This document shows positions 12,801-25,919 of a stretch of 64,000 nucleotides of DNA, piece by piece. This DNA is from Takakia lepidozioides. Lineage: Eukaryota > Plantae > Bryophyta. The translations under genes were made by a program, and so were the position numbers. The notes under the pieces are model-generated. The model made no database searches. It saw only the letters and a list, made by a program, of their open reading frames with translations, and was not told where the DNA came from. The stretch covers positions 46,190,001 to 46,254,000 of the forward strand of contig CM060734.1 in assembly GCA_030704615.1 (NCBI GenBank). The letters run 5' to 3'. Within the stretch, counting starts at the first letter, position 1. Each line of letters opens with the position of its first letter.

Positions 12801-13396
12801 CAACGTGGAGCTAGCGACGCCACGAAGGGGCTGCAACGTTGTTGCGACTCCAGGGAGTCGCACATGAACGTGCCCTCCCATGGAGCTAGCGACGGCCCCC
12901 AGGGGCTGCGACGTCCCTGCGATTCCTGGACGTCGCTACAGAACCTCCTTACCCATGGGGGTCTAGCGACGCCCCCAAATGGCGGCGACGTCATGGCGAT
13001 TCCCGGGTGTCGCCAGGCTGCGACGTTTTGGCGACGCCAGCGCGTGGCTAATTCTGGGAATGGGCAATATCCTTGCAACTGCCCCATGATGCACGGGAAG
13101 GGATGGACCCCCCTCCCTGCCCTTTGTTACGACTCCTGGGAGTCACCATATTGCGACGCCCCGGAGGGGCGGCGTCTTTTGGCCGTCGCTGGTCGTGGCT
13201 AGGTGGACCCGGGGGATTAGCGATTCCATTAGGTCGCTAATCTGCGACGTTCCGGGAGCGACGTGGCGGTGACTTCCCGACGTCGCAATTTTGTCCCCGG
13301 CGCGCCCCAGGTGCTGTAGTGTATTTTTGTCGCTAGGCGCGGCGTTTGGAGGTCGCTGAGGCATCGCTACCCCCCCCCCCACCAAACGTAGTAGTG
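12800..13396. mobile_element. CACTA-type terminal fragments (two nested TAGTG ends) with GCGAC subterminal repeats
   Basis: TAGTG termini at 13317-13321 and 13392-13396, with many GCGACG(T/C) motifs in both orientations. Sits between the truncated chromovirus RT and the MULE. Confidence 0.6.
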
Positions 13397-16300
13397 CATG
13401 ACCAGTCATCAAGTTGTTCAGGCCACCTTTACATGTGCCCATGAGGGAACTGCAGAACTTTGCAATCAGCCCATCCTCCACTTGGGGGTGCAACATCTTC
13501 AGAACCTTCACCTAGTGTGCGCACATATTTCCTTTCTGGGCCCAATGACAATCACAACATGCCCACTTAGAATCCGGATTGTGGATAGTATATGTCTACC
13601 CAAATGGCGGTGACATTGAACTGTTGCAATGCCTCCGGGTGTATGAGGCAGGTGCACATTGGCATCTGGAATGTCCTTGACAAGCAAGATTGAAGTGCAA
13701 ACAAATCCCTCCTGCCGCTTGTTTCGGATGAACCCATATGCCTTTGCATGTGACATGTACCAGTAATGGGTTAGCACATCACCTGTCAGTTCAGAGATGA
13801 GCCAATCCACCCGCCTACTACCGAGGACGCTTTTGGTGCTCTTCAATTGCACTTTCAGGTTCCCGTGGTATGCTTCTATGGCAGCATTAGTGTCTTGAGA
13901 GGCATGAGTATATTGCGGGATCCCTTCATCCATATTTTGGTTTTTGGAAGCCACTCTGTCTCCATGTAGGTGCAGAATTCTGTCTCAGAAGGGTACTTCT
14001 CCCGCAGGTCCATAATTTTGGATACGGCCCATGCTTCACCTGCATCCCCAGAGGTCTCCCTTCTATCGTACATGATCTGTGCCAGGTCTTGTAAAATAGT
14101 CGCTCGCAATACTGGGTCTTTCACCTTTGCAACTGCATTTTTCTGCCAGGCTCAGCGAACATGCCACAAGCACAAAAAAACAGCACAATCCCCCCAAACA
14201 GATCTGTTCTCTTATCAGGTAGGTAAACTGAAATTCATGTGTAACCAAGAGATCATGGTAGGCATATTTGCCTGAGTTCATGGACGTACGTAATGGCAGC
14301 AATTTCAACATCTGCGTCATCTACAATAAAGGCATTGGGACGCCAGTCTACTTGCCGACTTGTCATTTGTTTGTTTAGTGCCTCCATCCAAGGCGTCAGA
14401 TCGATGGTTTTGCACCTTGCAGTGATAATGTAAGCCACTGGAATACCATTCAGCCAGTCGTCGAATACCATCATGGTATATAACGGGTATTGCAAGAACA
14501 ATCATGTGTAACTGAAGTGACTTGAAAGGAAATGGTAGCAAAACAGAGGACTTCACATGAAGAACGTAATTTGTCATGCTTTCAAGAAATTCGGGTTAAC
14601 AATCTGACAAACCTTCTTTTCATTCGTTCCAAAGGTTGCATCACAAGCAACTATGCGACGATGGTCGTGTTTGAGCATCTGTTTTCTCTGCCAATCGGTT
14701 TGTATGCCAAGCACAAATGGAAGGTCGAGTTTTCTGTCATTCAACGTCCAAGCAGGGTGATTAGACTCTTCCTGGTAGTAGAAAACGCTTCCTGGGTTTT
14801 CACGCACCCACATTCAGACACTTTGTGCATCATTGGAGTGCTTTTTGAAAGTTTCTTCATCGCACTTGTTGGCAATATTTCGGATGTCATTTGAAAGAAG
14901 GAAGGTGTCACGAGTAACCTCCAACCCCCCATCCATGATTTCCCTCACCCTCTGCATGTGCTTGGCCATTATCTTGTTGATGCTTAGTCTGAGACGGAGG
15001 TTGTGTAACACCCGTGATTTCATCTCATCGCTCAGGTGGGGAGCTAATGAAACGCGACCTACCTGCACAGGTCCATGGCAGACCTGTCCAGCCCCATTCA
15101 CATGTCTCTTTTCATAATAGACCAGCTCTGCAATATCAGGGTCCACATAGCATTGCTTCACTACAAACTTGCACATGCATCCCCTCTTGATGCCTTCACC
15201 GATTTTGTTTGTGTGGTCCTCATTTGTTTTGGCTTTGCTTCAGTGGAAGCGGCTGTGACTCTTGGCTTCCTCCCATTCCTCTTTGCAGGCTTCACTCGAC
15301 GTTTCTTGTGTGCCATTGCAGGGGTAACCTCCAAGAGGGACCTAGTTCTGTCCTGTGGACTATATGAGCAGTGATACCTACAATAACAGAAAAACAATCT
15401 GTTACTATGACACCAAGGGGATTTAGGCACTCGGGCATTCATGGAAATCATTCAATAGCCCTTGCAACACATGACCTGCAGCCCATGTACCTTGTTGTAG
15501 TCATGGCACTGTTGTTGCGAGGAGCTAAGAGAGACCCCTCCGGATGGCATCTTTGCTGATGCCTGCTGAAAGTGCATGGGCCATCTGAACGGGAAGACTC
15601 CCCTGTAATGAAATCAGTAACTCGATTCCAGGGAGTGTAGGCGACTTCGGCTGAGATTTGGCCAGGAGGCTTGCCATGCCATTGGAAACGCCACTGCAGT
15701 ACATGATGGTTAAAAGCACCTACACTGGGCATTTGAACTTGGTTTCGAAGCAGCAAAACAAGATGGGATGCAATGTTTTCTTCATTCTCGGCAACAGACA
15801 TATTGTGGCGCAATTTAGGGACTTGAGGCACGGCTGGTACTGGCTGCACGTTGTGCTTTCGTGGTCAGAACAATTTGAGAGGACCATGAAAGGGAGGTGA
15901 CGATTGGAGGTTGCCTCTCGTTACACATACTTCCTGGTCTCATCCATCCGTGCCTACATACATCCATCCTAAATCCTAGAAGTAGACCCACAAGAGCGTT
16001 CTGAACATCGTCTCCATAAAATAATACTAAAATTCAAATTTGAATTTTGAAATTTGAACATGTACAACCTTGTGTATACATGCATATGTGAGGGCTTCAC
16101 TCCTATGGTCATCATGTTACTTTCATGACCATCATGTATGTGTCATCTACCATGTATGGATCCATGTTTTCGACCCACGATGTGTCCCGCGCGCGATGTT
16201 GGGTTGTGGTGACAGGTGTCATGTGCCACAGAGCTCATGTGGTGTGGTGACGGCCGGCGGGGCCGGGGAGGGCGGGCGGGTAGGGGGATGGGGCGCGGGG

Positions 16301-16427
16301 CGAGGGGGCGCCGGGGCGCAGCGACCGCAAGCCGCGCAGGAGCCGGCGAAGCGGGTGTGGCGGGGGTGCCACGCAGGCAGGACCGAAGGGGTCGCATTAA
16401 ACTCCCGGCCCTTTTCTAATGTGCGCC
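13397..16427 (-). mobile_element. Mutator-like (MULE) transposase with SWIM zinc finger, intron-containing, pseudogenised, with putative 5' TIR
   Basis: DATFGTN, YPLYTMMVFDDWLNGIPVAYII, FIVDDADVEIAAI, FLCLWHVR*AW and TNAAIEAYHGNLK (MULE DDE domain). CDCHWAQKGNMCAH (SWIM). The candidate TIR 16362-16427 recurs at 48126-48190. Confidence 0.85.
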
Positions 16428-18110
16428 TTGTGGACAGGGTGATAGAGTCGACCGTAGACATCTGAGAGAGCAAGATTGTCTGGAAATGCCAGGGAAGTGG
16501 GCCTCCTAAGGCTGATTCTGCCAGGCGCGCCCTGCCCTACACTGGACGTGGCTGGAGCCCATTGCGAAGCAACAAAAACTCATGGTCTTCAAGTGTAAAA
16601 AGGCCTAACATGCAATCCATGACTTAAACAGCATATGTCAGTATTTAATCCTCACAAAGACTGACTATGACTTGCATTCAACAACAACTCTGCCGAGTAT
16701 ATGATGTCCCAAGGATCAATATGTAGAATCCACAAACTTAAGAGACTTGAGGTCGTGTTGTGAGGATGGTTCGACCTGAGTGCTTGGAAGATACCATGAA
16801 CACAGATCTTAGCAAACTGGGAAGGCCTTAGTCTCAGTATTCCTGGACTAGTATATCAAACTACTCCCGAGTGGAGCTGGAATACTCACAACTCACATCC
16901 ATTAACAAAGCCCATTCAACATATCATATGTTGAAGAGAATTTCACACATTAAGATTCAGTTGTAGCCAATCTGGTCCAGAGTCCAGAGCCTGCTTCCCT
17001 TCACTCACAAATGAGACTAAAATGAAAATAAGTCTTGCCAAGGAGAGGGTCCAGAATTTGGCTGTTCTTTCTGCTAACTAAAACCTCTAACATCATTCCA
17101 GCATCACTTACAGAGTTGACTCTCACCTGAGAAACTACAATCCAGTCATGCCTTTCCAGATACAATCTTGAGATTGTACGGGCACTATGAAAAAAGAGCC
17201 TATACAGAACTGCCAGAGGAAACCAAACAGGGATAATATGATCACAGACTTGCATGGATGAACCAACCGTTAAATACAAGCACCTGGGCAGGTGTAAAAC
17301 AACTACAGCAACAAGGTAAAGGAAATCAAAATTACACAGAATGCATGCCTAGACTTCTCTGCAGTGCAATACACTCACACAGTACGCACCACAAAAAAGC
17401 TTAAGTAGCGAAAGACAAAGTTTGGAAGCCACCGAAGCTTGATGGTCACTGAAGAATGGGGTATCTTAATATCTTGGTAAAACAATAGAAGCTGTACATC
17501 AGAGAATCATAACAGGAATGCCATGTTAGCTGACTGTTCAACCTTCCATCCCAGTAAACAAGCTGACTAATCTTGTTAATATACACCTGAAATATGCGCA
17601 AATTCCAGTGAGCGTACTCTTCTGCCATCCAATTGCTAAGTTTGGGTAAGAAACCCAAGAGCTACTGCCATACCAAAACTCGTCAGCCTGCCAATGGAAG
17701 ACCAAACAGGCAAATGAATTGAATATGTCATAAGTGTATGTGCCTTCTTGTAATGGATCCTTACTGTGTCAGAAGATACCAGGGTCACCGGCTCTGAACT
17801 ATCAATCGCAAGGAAACCATGAGAGAGCTAAATCTAAATCTCCACGACATGCTGCAAGCAGCTGACTCCTTGAGAGCCAAAACCTGTCATCCTTAAAGAC
17901 TCTGCACAATGGAGGGAAACACATGTCGTGCACTTTACACCTTCCACAATCATCCCCCAAGCAGATAGGTCCAATAAAACACAGGCATGTTACCCATGTT
18001 GCCCTCCGGAACACCACCTGGCACAGAATACTCACATCCTCATACTTTTAGAGCTCCATGATGCAATGAATGCACTCCCTACCATCCCTTCCGTGATTCG
18101 GTATTGAGCC

Positions 18111-21100
18111 TCAGCAAATTTTCATCAATTCGGAAACAAATTGTGACTTGACATTGGTCCAGGGCATCAGAGGTTCTCGTTCTGCACTATGGTCTACAGT
18201 CGCAGTGACTTCTTTAAGAGCCCACCACCCAAAGGGAGCTGCCAGAGAGGCATAACCTGCAATGCACAAAGCTCGCACAATGCCACCGCTGTAATAAGGT
18301 GAAGCCAGGACCAAGAGAGCACCAATAAGTCCCAACCATGGAGTCATCACAGGTAAGACTGGGAGTTGGAAAAGGTTGATAATCACAGTAAGTAAAGACA
18401 AAGAGCCAAGAAGGAAGAGCCCCCATCCCATGAAAGGATGCGCAGTTGTTGGTACAATGAAGAAGGGGAAAAGGAAACTCCCAAGTACAGCAATAAGAAC
18501 CAATGCCTTCATAGCTGAAAGATGACACATTGGTCTGTGCTCTGCACAAGGTCCTCGGCTCAAACATGATTTCATCAGAGGTGTCCTGTCTGGACACGCA
18601 AATCGCTGCCGAACAAAGATAGCAATGAACATGGTTATAACATACAAAAGTGCTTCAGCAGCCAACATAGGGATCTCTGATCCGTACCTGCCAAGACAAA
18701 TGAATAGTTTGTTAACACATCACACAAGTGCAAATTTTGTCAACCCTCCACTGAATCGCTTTGTGGAGTGTAAAATGGGTCAGACATGTACATTATAAAC
18801 TTTTAAATAAAAAATTGCATGAGTGGAGGGTCATGTAGACACTGCAAAAATAGAGATAGGATTGAAGTCGGGTATTCACCCAATGCTTGCCCGTCGCTTC
18901 TCATGCCAGGAGAGTCCCAGTGGCAGTGTTGGCCATGACCACCAGTACCAAGGCTTCAACATTGGGACACTTGGGAATGTGATAACACTATTTGGACCAC
19001 AGGGTACATTCCATCTCAATTTTAAATCTGCAGAGACAACCACAGGTAGTTAGAAGGGAGAGACTGACTGTGACTACAGTCACAAAACTTACTGGGGGAG
19101 CAGGGAGCAAGAACAAAGATAAACTGAAAACGGATGATAAACACTGGAAAACACAAATCTGACCCTTAGGGTGTGCAAAAGTTGGATCAGAGATGCCGGG
19201 TTTCAAAATTCCTACTTCAACTTCACAACGCGATCAACTGTATCTCCAAATTTTCATCAAATCAAAACAGAGGCATCAAACTTTCGAGCGCGAGTTTTCG
19301 TCATCACAATGGTGCTGAATATCACCTGCTTACAAGCAAAAAACTATGTTATCTGTAGTACCCACCTCTGAAGGGGGTACCTGCAAGGAGAAGAGGCTCT
19401 AATTTACGCTGACTTTGGTCAGTTTCATCTCGTCTCTCTACTATCTATAGTCACAAGCCAGGATCACAGAGTGGAATACATACAAAAGTATGAGGCGTCC
19501 ATCTGATATCCTAATGGCAGGCGAAAGTGACCAACCAGCCTTGAGCCATTAGTAGGTGGATGAAACAAAGGTCTATCAAGTAGATCACTGAAATAAGATC
19601 CAATAAAACCCTGATCAGCTCCATCCTTGTTTTCTCGTCCAATTTCTAGTTCATGCAACATGTCACTGAATGTGTCGTTGGATGGCTGCAGACCAACAAG
19701 CAAGAGCACCAATTTCAGTAGTGTGACAATCAGCACCACAAATCCCATCAAAACTTTGTTACAGAGCACATGTTTGACACACACACGATTGTAGGAAAAC
19801 ACATACACTAACACTAAAAGAGATTCTAGATGGTAAATTGACAAGGCAGCAAGTCAAAGAAAAGACATCTCTGCATCACAAACTCAAGATGATGGCCTAG
19901 ACAGGGAAGAAAGCGTAGGACACATGCCTCCAATACAAACAGGCCGGTGTGGAAAATGCAAGGATTGATGAAAGCAGCACAAAACTGGCCACACTGGAAG
20001 AGCTCATCAGTCTTCTGCAGAAACAAATTGTCGGCGTCGAGCATAACAACCCGCTCATACTCCGTCAGGTTCCAGGCATAACACTTGTTTAGGGTGAACA
20101 TGAACCGCATATCAAATCCAGGCTGATGTCTGTACGGATTGGGAATATCATCAACAATCACTACCTTTACACCTTCTTCGATTCTGTGTAAGGGCATTCC
20201 AAAAGTATGATAGTCAGTAAATGATGTCTAATCTCCTCACCTCCTACAGATTCATTGCCTTATGATGATATGTGAGCTGTTAGTTGCAGGGAGTCCTAAC
20301 CTTAAAAGCTTGCACTTTCAAACTGTTCATATACTGCGGCTGTCTCCGGTACAAGGATTGAGGTTGAAACTGAACAATTCGAGAGCCCGGTAATAAAATG
20401 AGATGGATGCGGGATGGAAATGGCAATCTGAGATGATGTACACAGAATGTAAGGCCATATTAGTTGGCAAGAGCTAATGATCATCACCGTTAGCACGTCT
20501 GATGATCATCCCAAATGTGTGGACGGCATTACCAAGGAATATGCATGCATCAAATGAAACAGTCGTCAGTGCAGGATTTCCAGTAATTCAAACCCGTAGG
20601 ACTTAACGGCGACCCCTCCAAACCAGAGCAATGTCAAGGATTCCTACCTCCCAGATCAAAATGTACAACTTGACCTAAGTATTCCAGATAGACTGACAAT
20701 CTTATCATTGATTTGTTTAACAACCAATTCTCTGAATATTTACAAACAAACAAACCTTCATAACGGCTGACTCCCAGGCAGCCCCTGGGAGCAATGTCAA
20801 GTATTCTTACAAAGTTTTTCTCCACTTCTGAGGAACGTCTTGGGAGGCTATCACCACTAGGTCTGCGTCCACTGGGAAGCGGGCAAGAGTCTGCAGCATT
20901 ACCCGGGCAGCAACATAAAACTCATAGTCGCGGGGCGTTCCCATATACAACATAGTCGCATATGCGTTCCTTTTCGGGTTTGCTTTCAGTGGAGCGTATG
21001 CTGCCTCTGCTGGCATCACAATGGCCACGATTAGGATCGTCAGGACACAACGCCATCTCCTTGGCTGACTGTCTTTGGTCCCCTTTTGATGAGGCACTTC

Positions 21101-21136
21101 TCCTAATTCCATAGTATTGTTCCAGCTTCTCCCCAT
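18111..21136 (-). CDS. PGSIP8: GT8-family glucuronosyltransferase-like protein PGSIP7/8, copy A (~502 aa). Exons 21136-20811, 20183-19928, 19685-19484, 19027-18880, 18687-18111
   Basis: NAYATMLYMGTPRDYEFYVA, VMLDADNLF (DxD), DGADQGF, KPWYWWSWP and a C-terminal TM region. Exon phases are consistent (1509 nt). Intron 2 is GC-AG. Confidence 0.93.
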
Positions 21137-21545
21137 GCCTATGAACCTGAATAGGCTCCTCCACCAAAGGCCTTTCAAGAACACTCCAATGCTTGAAGGC
21201 TTACATAGACTGCCCGCCACACACACCGGTAAAGAGGATCACGCAGTTTCGCAAACCGACGCCACACTGGAACAGCTGCTTTCCCCTACTTTTCTCCCCT
21301 TATGTTATCTGAAGCAGCAGAGCTTTAGGACTTTCCGCGCCTGTAAGATCCTAATTCTCCGGATACTGAAAAACAGGAATGGTGCGTTCCTGTTGCACAA
21401 CGGTGGCAACTACGGCGAGTTCAAAACAACACAGGAATGAACGGGGCCAATCAGCACTGCATTGTCCCTGGCAGCACAAGATACTCGAAAAGAGGGGATA
21501 TTTTACGAACGACAAGAACAACTCCTTAACGGATGGGAACAAACG

Positions 21546-21904
21546 GTGACAGAGATTAAGCTCCTGCCACCGAGTAAACAAATACAAAGACGGAACGATG
21601 ACGAACCGGCCTACAAACAGAACATCAAAGGCCACCAATGTCACCAAGGCTTCTTGTACGAATAGCGATCCATACACCAGCACAGCTACCAAAACAGTAT
21701 AATAAAACCAAGGAAGCGCAGTGAGAGAGATAAGCTCCTGCCACCGAGTAAACAACAACAAAGACGGAACGATGACGAAACGGCCTAGAAACAGAACATC
21801 ATTGGCCACCAATGTCACCAAGCCTTCTTGTACGAATAGCGATCCATAGACCAGCAGAGCTACCAAAAACAGTGTAATAAAACCAAGGATCCGCAGTGAG
21901 AGAG
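21546..21904. repeat. Two-copy ~174-bp tandem duplication upstream of PGSIP copy A
   Basis: AAGCTCCTGCCACCGAGTAAACAA starts at 21558 and 21732; the units align along their whole length. Confidence 0.9.
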
Positions 21905-23269
21905 GCGAGCAGACGGAGACCAAGAAGTCTGAACGTCTGAACCTCCGATAGTTTGGCAGCCGGCCCGCCATCGCCCGCTGCGCCTGCCTTGGTTGGCACC
22001 ATCACCCGGCCCCTCCTCCGATAGAGACTCCCCCGGCAGTTACCATCCTAATGGAATCTATCACGCGTTATGCGTTTAAACATGACTACATACCTACCTA
22101 TACGGTCCGTACAAACGTACGGTATATAGTCTATCCAAATGTTCGGTAAGGTATTTCGGGTGGCCCGAACATGCAAAGGGTCGGCGAAGTCCCAAATTAC
22201 CACCACCCCACAGACCGTTATTTATGCATCTGCGCGTGAGCGGAGTCTGAGAAGCAAAGCTGTGCAGCGTCACTCGAGTCTGGACAAACACACCTGAATC
22301 CCTTGGGCCCAGTGCAGAGAGACACGCAAAGTGGGAATGATCCACATGGATAATATGAGGGCAGTGTGGCATGTGTGGATCCTTTGTCTGCAGCTGACTG
22401 TGTAGATTTTGCTACTATGGAGTTGGCCCACTGAAGAATCGAGCAAGTAGTAGTGCGGGGAAGGGTTGATATTTGCGATTGACGTGAGGTGACGGAGGCT
22501 CTTGCATGCAGTATGAATCACTCTTTGCAAAGCAAATCGGCTACATCACGGCATCCGGGGGGGGCCCTCAAAATCTGGAGATCTTTAGAAACCCTTCAGG
22601 GCAGGGAGGTGGATTTATGGAGAAAATTCTGAGGCATGTATGGATAGTTGGTTGCTCTGCCTACAGAGAGAAGGCTCGTGTTTGCCGAGTCCTGATTTTT
22701 TCTTAACCAGCACAGGTTGCGAGACGGGTGGCGAGGCCAGAATCTCTCCCCAACTTCGGCCCAACTTCCGGCAACGAAAACAAGGCTTCTACAAAGGACA
22801 TGCTTGTCGCAAGAGGCAATGACCAAGGGAGGGCGACCTTGGAGTCTATTTGCCTCTTGCATGGTCACTGAGAAAAGGAGTGGCCGGCCTAGTCACAGAA
22901 TACGGACTTGACCCGGCCTTCTCCCCGACGTAGGTCAAAGTCAAGTGTCTAAGAGACTGCTGAGCAATTGTTGGTGGCAAGCACATGGACAATCGGACAA
23001 TCGGGATTTGGAGGTGTTATCTCGGGAGGGTGATCGGTGCAGCTGTAACTTTCCTTCACGTGTATTAATGCGGCTGGTGACATAAACAACTCGTGTGCCC
23101 ACTCCGAGTGATGGGGTTCAAATGTTGACCAGTCACCATACCTTGTGTTGGGGCCATTCAATTTTGAATGGAATACTAATTCCTCTGGTCAGTCTATTGT
23201 TACAATTCAGCCAAAAAAAAGTTCAGTTTTGACCAATTTGCCCAAGTTACCAACAATGTTGCTCGAATA

Positions 23270-23548
23270 GAGATCAACGTATCTGGATCCGGAACTGACA
23301 TTTTTTAGGATAAATGCCAAAAAATAAAGTTCTATACCCGGTGTAATACCCGGCGGATATCTGGCCAATACCTATCAATACTTGGCGGATCTCAGCCCTG
23401 AACTTAATAACCGAATGCATACCCGGATCCGCTGTTTCTCATATTGGTAATACCCGGAACCTGCAGATATCTAAAATCAAAAGTTCTCAATACCTGGAAC
23501 AGGCGGATATTGAAAAAAGTTAATATCCGCCCAATGGTATCAGACTGC
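23270..23548. mobile_element. Possible non-autonomous DNA transposon end with short subterminal repeats
   Basis: ATACCCGG/ATACCTGG repeated about five times and GCGGAT(A/C)T three times. Ends in TGGTATCAGACTG. No partner TIR or TSD found. Confidence 0.35.
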
Positions 23549-24848
23549 CGCTGTGCACCACTAACTAGCATTTTTCGATTATTCTTTTTCTGATTTTTTT
23601 CTGATGTTAAGAAAAAAAACTAGCTCACTTGGATAGTGCACTGAGTGCCACCCAGATGATTCTGGTCAAATCCTGCTCCCTTCCCTTGGGCGGTGTCCCA
23701 TGAGCAAGCCTGGCACGCTTACGCTATGAAAGAGGTTAATTTCACCTCTCACTGATTTTTAGTAGAGGGAGTTTGGATATGAAGGTTTATTGGCTCTTCT
23801 TTATTCTACAGAGGAGAATATGTAGATGAAATTAGCAATTTCATTAAAGAGGGATTCATTTGAAGGTCCCAAAAAAAGACGCGGAAGGTGGGACGAATGG
23901 GTTGGCACGAAAAGAGGTGTGGGTAGGGATAATTTGTCTTGTGAGGTGTCAAGTAAAGCGAGAAAGAAGGAACTAGGTGTCAAAAATCAATGACAAAAAT
24001 CGCCCAGTCCCTGTAGTGCCTTCTTCTCCAACTTTCACCTCATCTCTTTGCTAAAAATTACTTCCATTATATGCCTTCTCCAGGTAACACCTCCCTCAGG
24101 TAACAACTCTTTTATTGAACAATTTATAAAAAATAAAAGGAGGAATTTTCAATTTTATTATGGATGAAAGTAGATTTCACTATTCACAAAGAAGATGTGA
24201 CCAACTACTTCTTACGTTAACAATAGGAATAATGTAAGAGCTTAATGCACGTGTGCGATCTAACGGTACTTTTGCTGGATTTAGGCCACAAGGGCATGGC
24301 GGGATGTTTGGAGGGGCCGTGCTAGATTGTGAGCAGCTCACGTGAGCAGAAAAAACTGTGCTCACAATTTTCGCCCTATTACCGTGGACCTATACCTGCT
24401 GGAAGCCCTATTACCGTGGGCTTCAAGAGTCGAAAAGGGAGCATTTTTTTTTAAGAGTGAGCATGCCAGTTAGCAGCAACATTGTGGAGTGGTTGATTGA
24501 TGTTTGAGTGTGTTTTGAAAAGGAGTTGGATGAAAGGAGTGGATGAACGATGGATGAATGTGCGATGAAAAATATGGATAAGAAAGAGAGTGGATGAATG
24601 AAAACGACGAATTCAGACCGGGGACCGCTAAAAGAAGCCCGAAAACACATCTTCAAACAAGCAAGGCAGAGAAACTGGTGCTTCATAAATGTCTGTGTTA
24701 AAACAATGAGTCATTCCGAAAAGGCATTTCCACTGCTATCTGATTTTGAGCCCAAAACTGATGCAGAACTGTCTATAAAGACATTAGCCCTGCTCTACAC
24801 AAAACCACCTCTGTCGCGGACCACAGGAGGGGGGAGATGAGAGGAGAC

Positions 24849-25890
24849 GAATGTGCCAAATTAAGATGGCGTTGACGCCACCTTGACGCCACCTTAATTT
24901 GGCTGGTCTTCTGGGCTGGAATTAAGCTCCAACAGGGGCTGGGAATTAAGGTGGCGTTGACGCCACCTTAATGTCGTGCCTGTTTCCCTCTACGAACATG
25001 GCTGCTCGCCTTGGCTTTTATTTAGTTTTTATTGTTTTTTATTGTTTTTGGGGTGAATGGTCAAGTTCCAACATGGGCTGGGAATTAAGGTGTCGTTGAC
25101 GACACCTTAATCTGGCACATCCGGGGGAAAAAAAAAGAAAAAAAATAATTTTATCTTTATTTTTTCGAATGTGCCAGATTACTGGTTGGTTTTTTGGGCT
25201 GGAATTAAGCTCTCACAGGGGCTGGGAATTAAGGTGGCGTTGACGCCACCTTAATGCCGAGCCTGTTTCCCTCTACGAACATCGCCAAGGTTTTTATTTA
25301 GTTTTTATTGTTTTTGTTTTTTTTGGGGGTGAATTGTCATGTTCCAACAGAGGCTGGGAATTAAGGTGTCGTTGACGACACCTTAATCTGGTTGGTCTTC
25401 TGGGCTGAAATTAAGCTCTAATAGGGGCTGGGAATTAAGGTGGCGTTGACGCCACCTGAATGCTGAGCCTGTCTCCCTCTATGAACATGACTGCTTGCCA
25501 AGGCTTTTATTTTGTTTTTTTTGTTTTTTTTAATTTTTTGGGTGAATTGTCATGTTCCAACAGGGGCTGGGAATTAAGGTGTCGTTGACGACACCTTAAT
25601 CTGGTTGGTCTTCTGGGCTGGAATTAAGGGATGGGAATCAAGGTGGTGTTGACGCCACCTTATTGCCGAGCCTGTTTCCCCATGACTGCTCGTCAAGGCT
25701 TTTATTTTGTTTATTTTGTTTTTTGGGGTGAATTGTCATGTTCCAACAGGGGCTGGGAATTAAGGTGTGGTTGCTAACACCTTAATCTGGTTGGTCTTCT
25801 GGGCTAGAATTAAGCTCTAACAGAGGTTGGGAATTAAGGTGGCGTTGACACCACCTTAATACCGAACCTGTTTCCCTCTACGAACATGGT
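24849..25890. repeat. Higher-order tandem array with ten 26-bp palindromes (TTAAGGTG[G/T]CGT-TG-ACG[C/A]CACCTTAA)
   Basis: Palindromes at about 24861, 24946, 25085, 25229, 25361, 25435, 25574, 25638, 25760 and 25834, mostly preceded by GGGCTGGGAA. The A and B variants alternate with a ~200-bp period. Confidence 0.92.
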
Positions 25891-25919
25891 AGCGTAAAGT
25901 TCTTCCAGAAAACACCCCA

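Noticed and set aside
12329-13087. 252-aa ORF as an RT with a novel N-terminal domain
   Set aside because: The N-terminal part is read-through from the GC-rich CACTA subterminal repeats that truncate the element at ~12800.
24849-25890. CRISPR-like appearance (palindromic repeats with spacers)
   Set aside because: The spacers are themselves repeated and of alternating length, there are no cas genes, and the context is a eukaryotic intron-containing genome.
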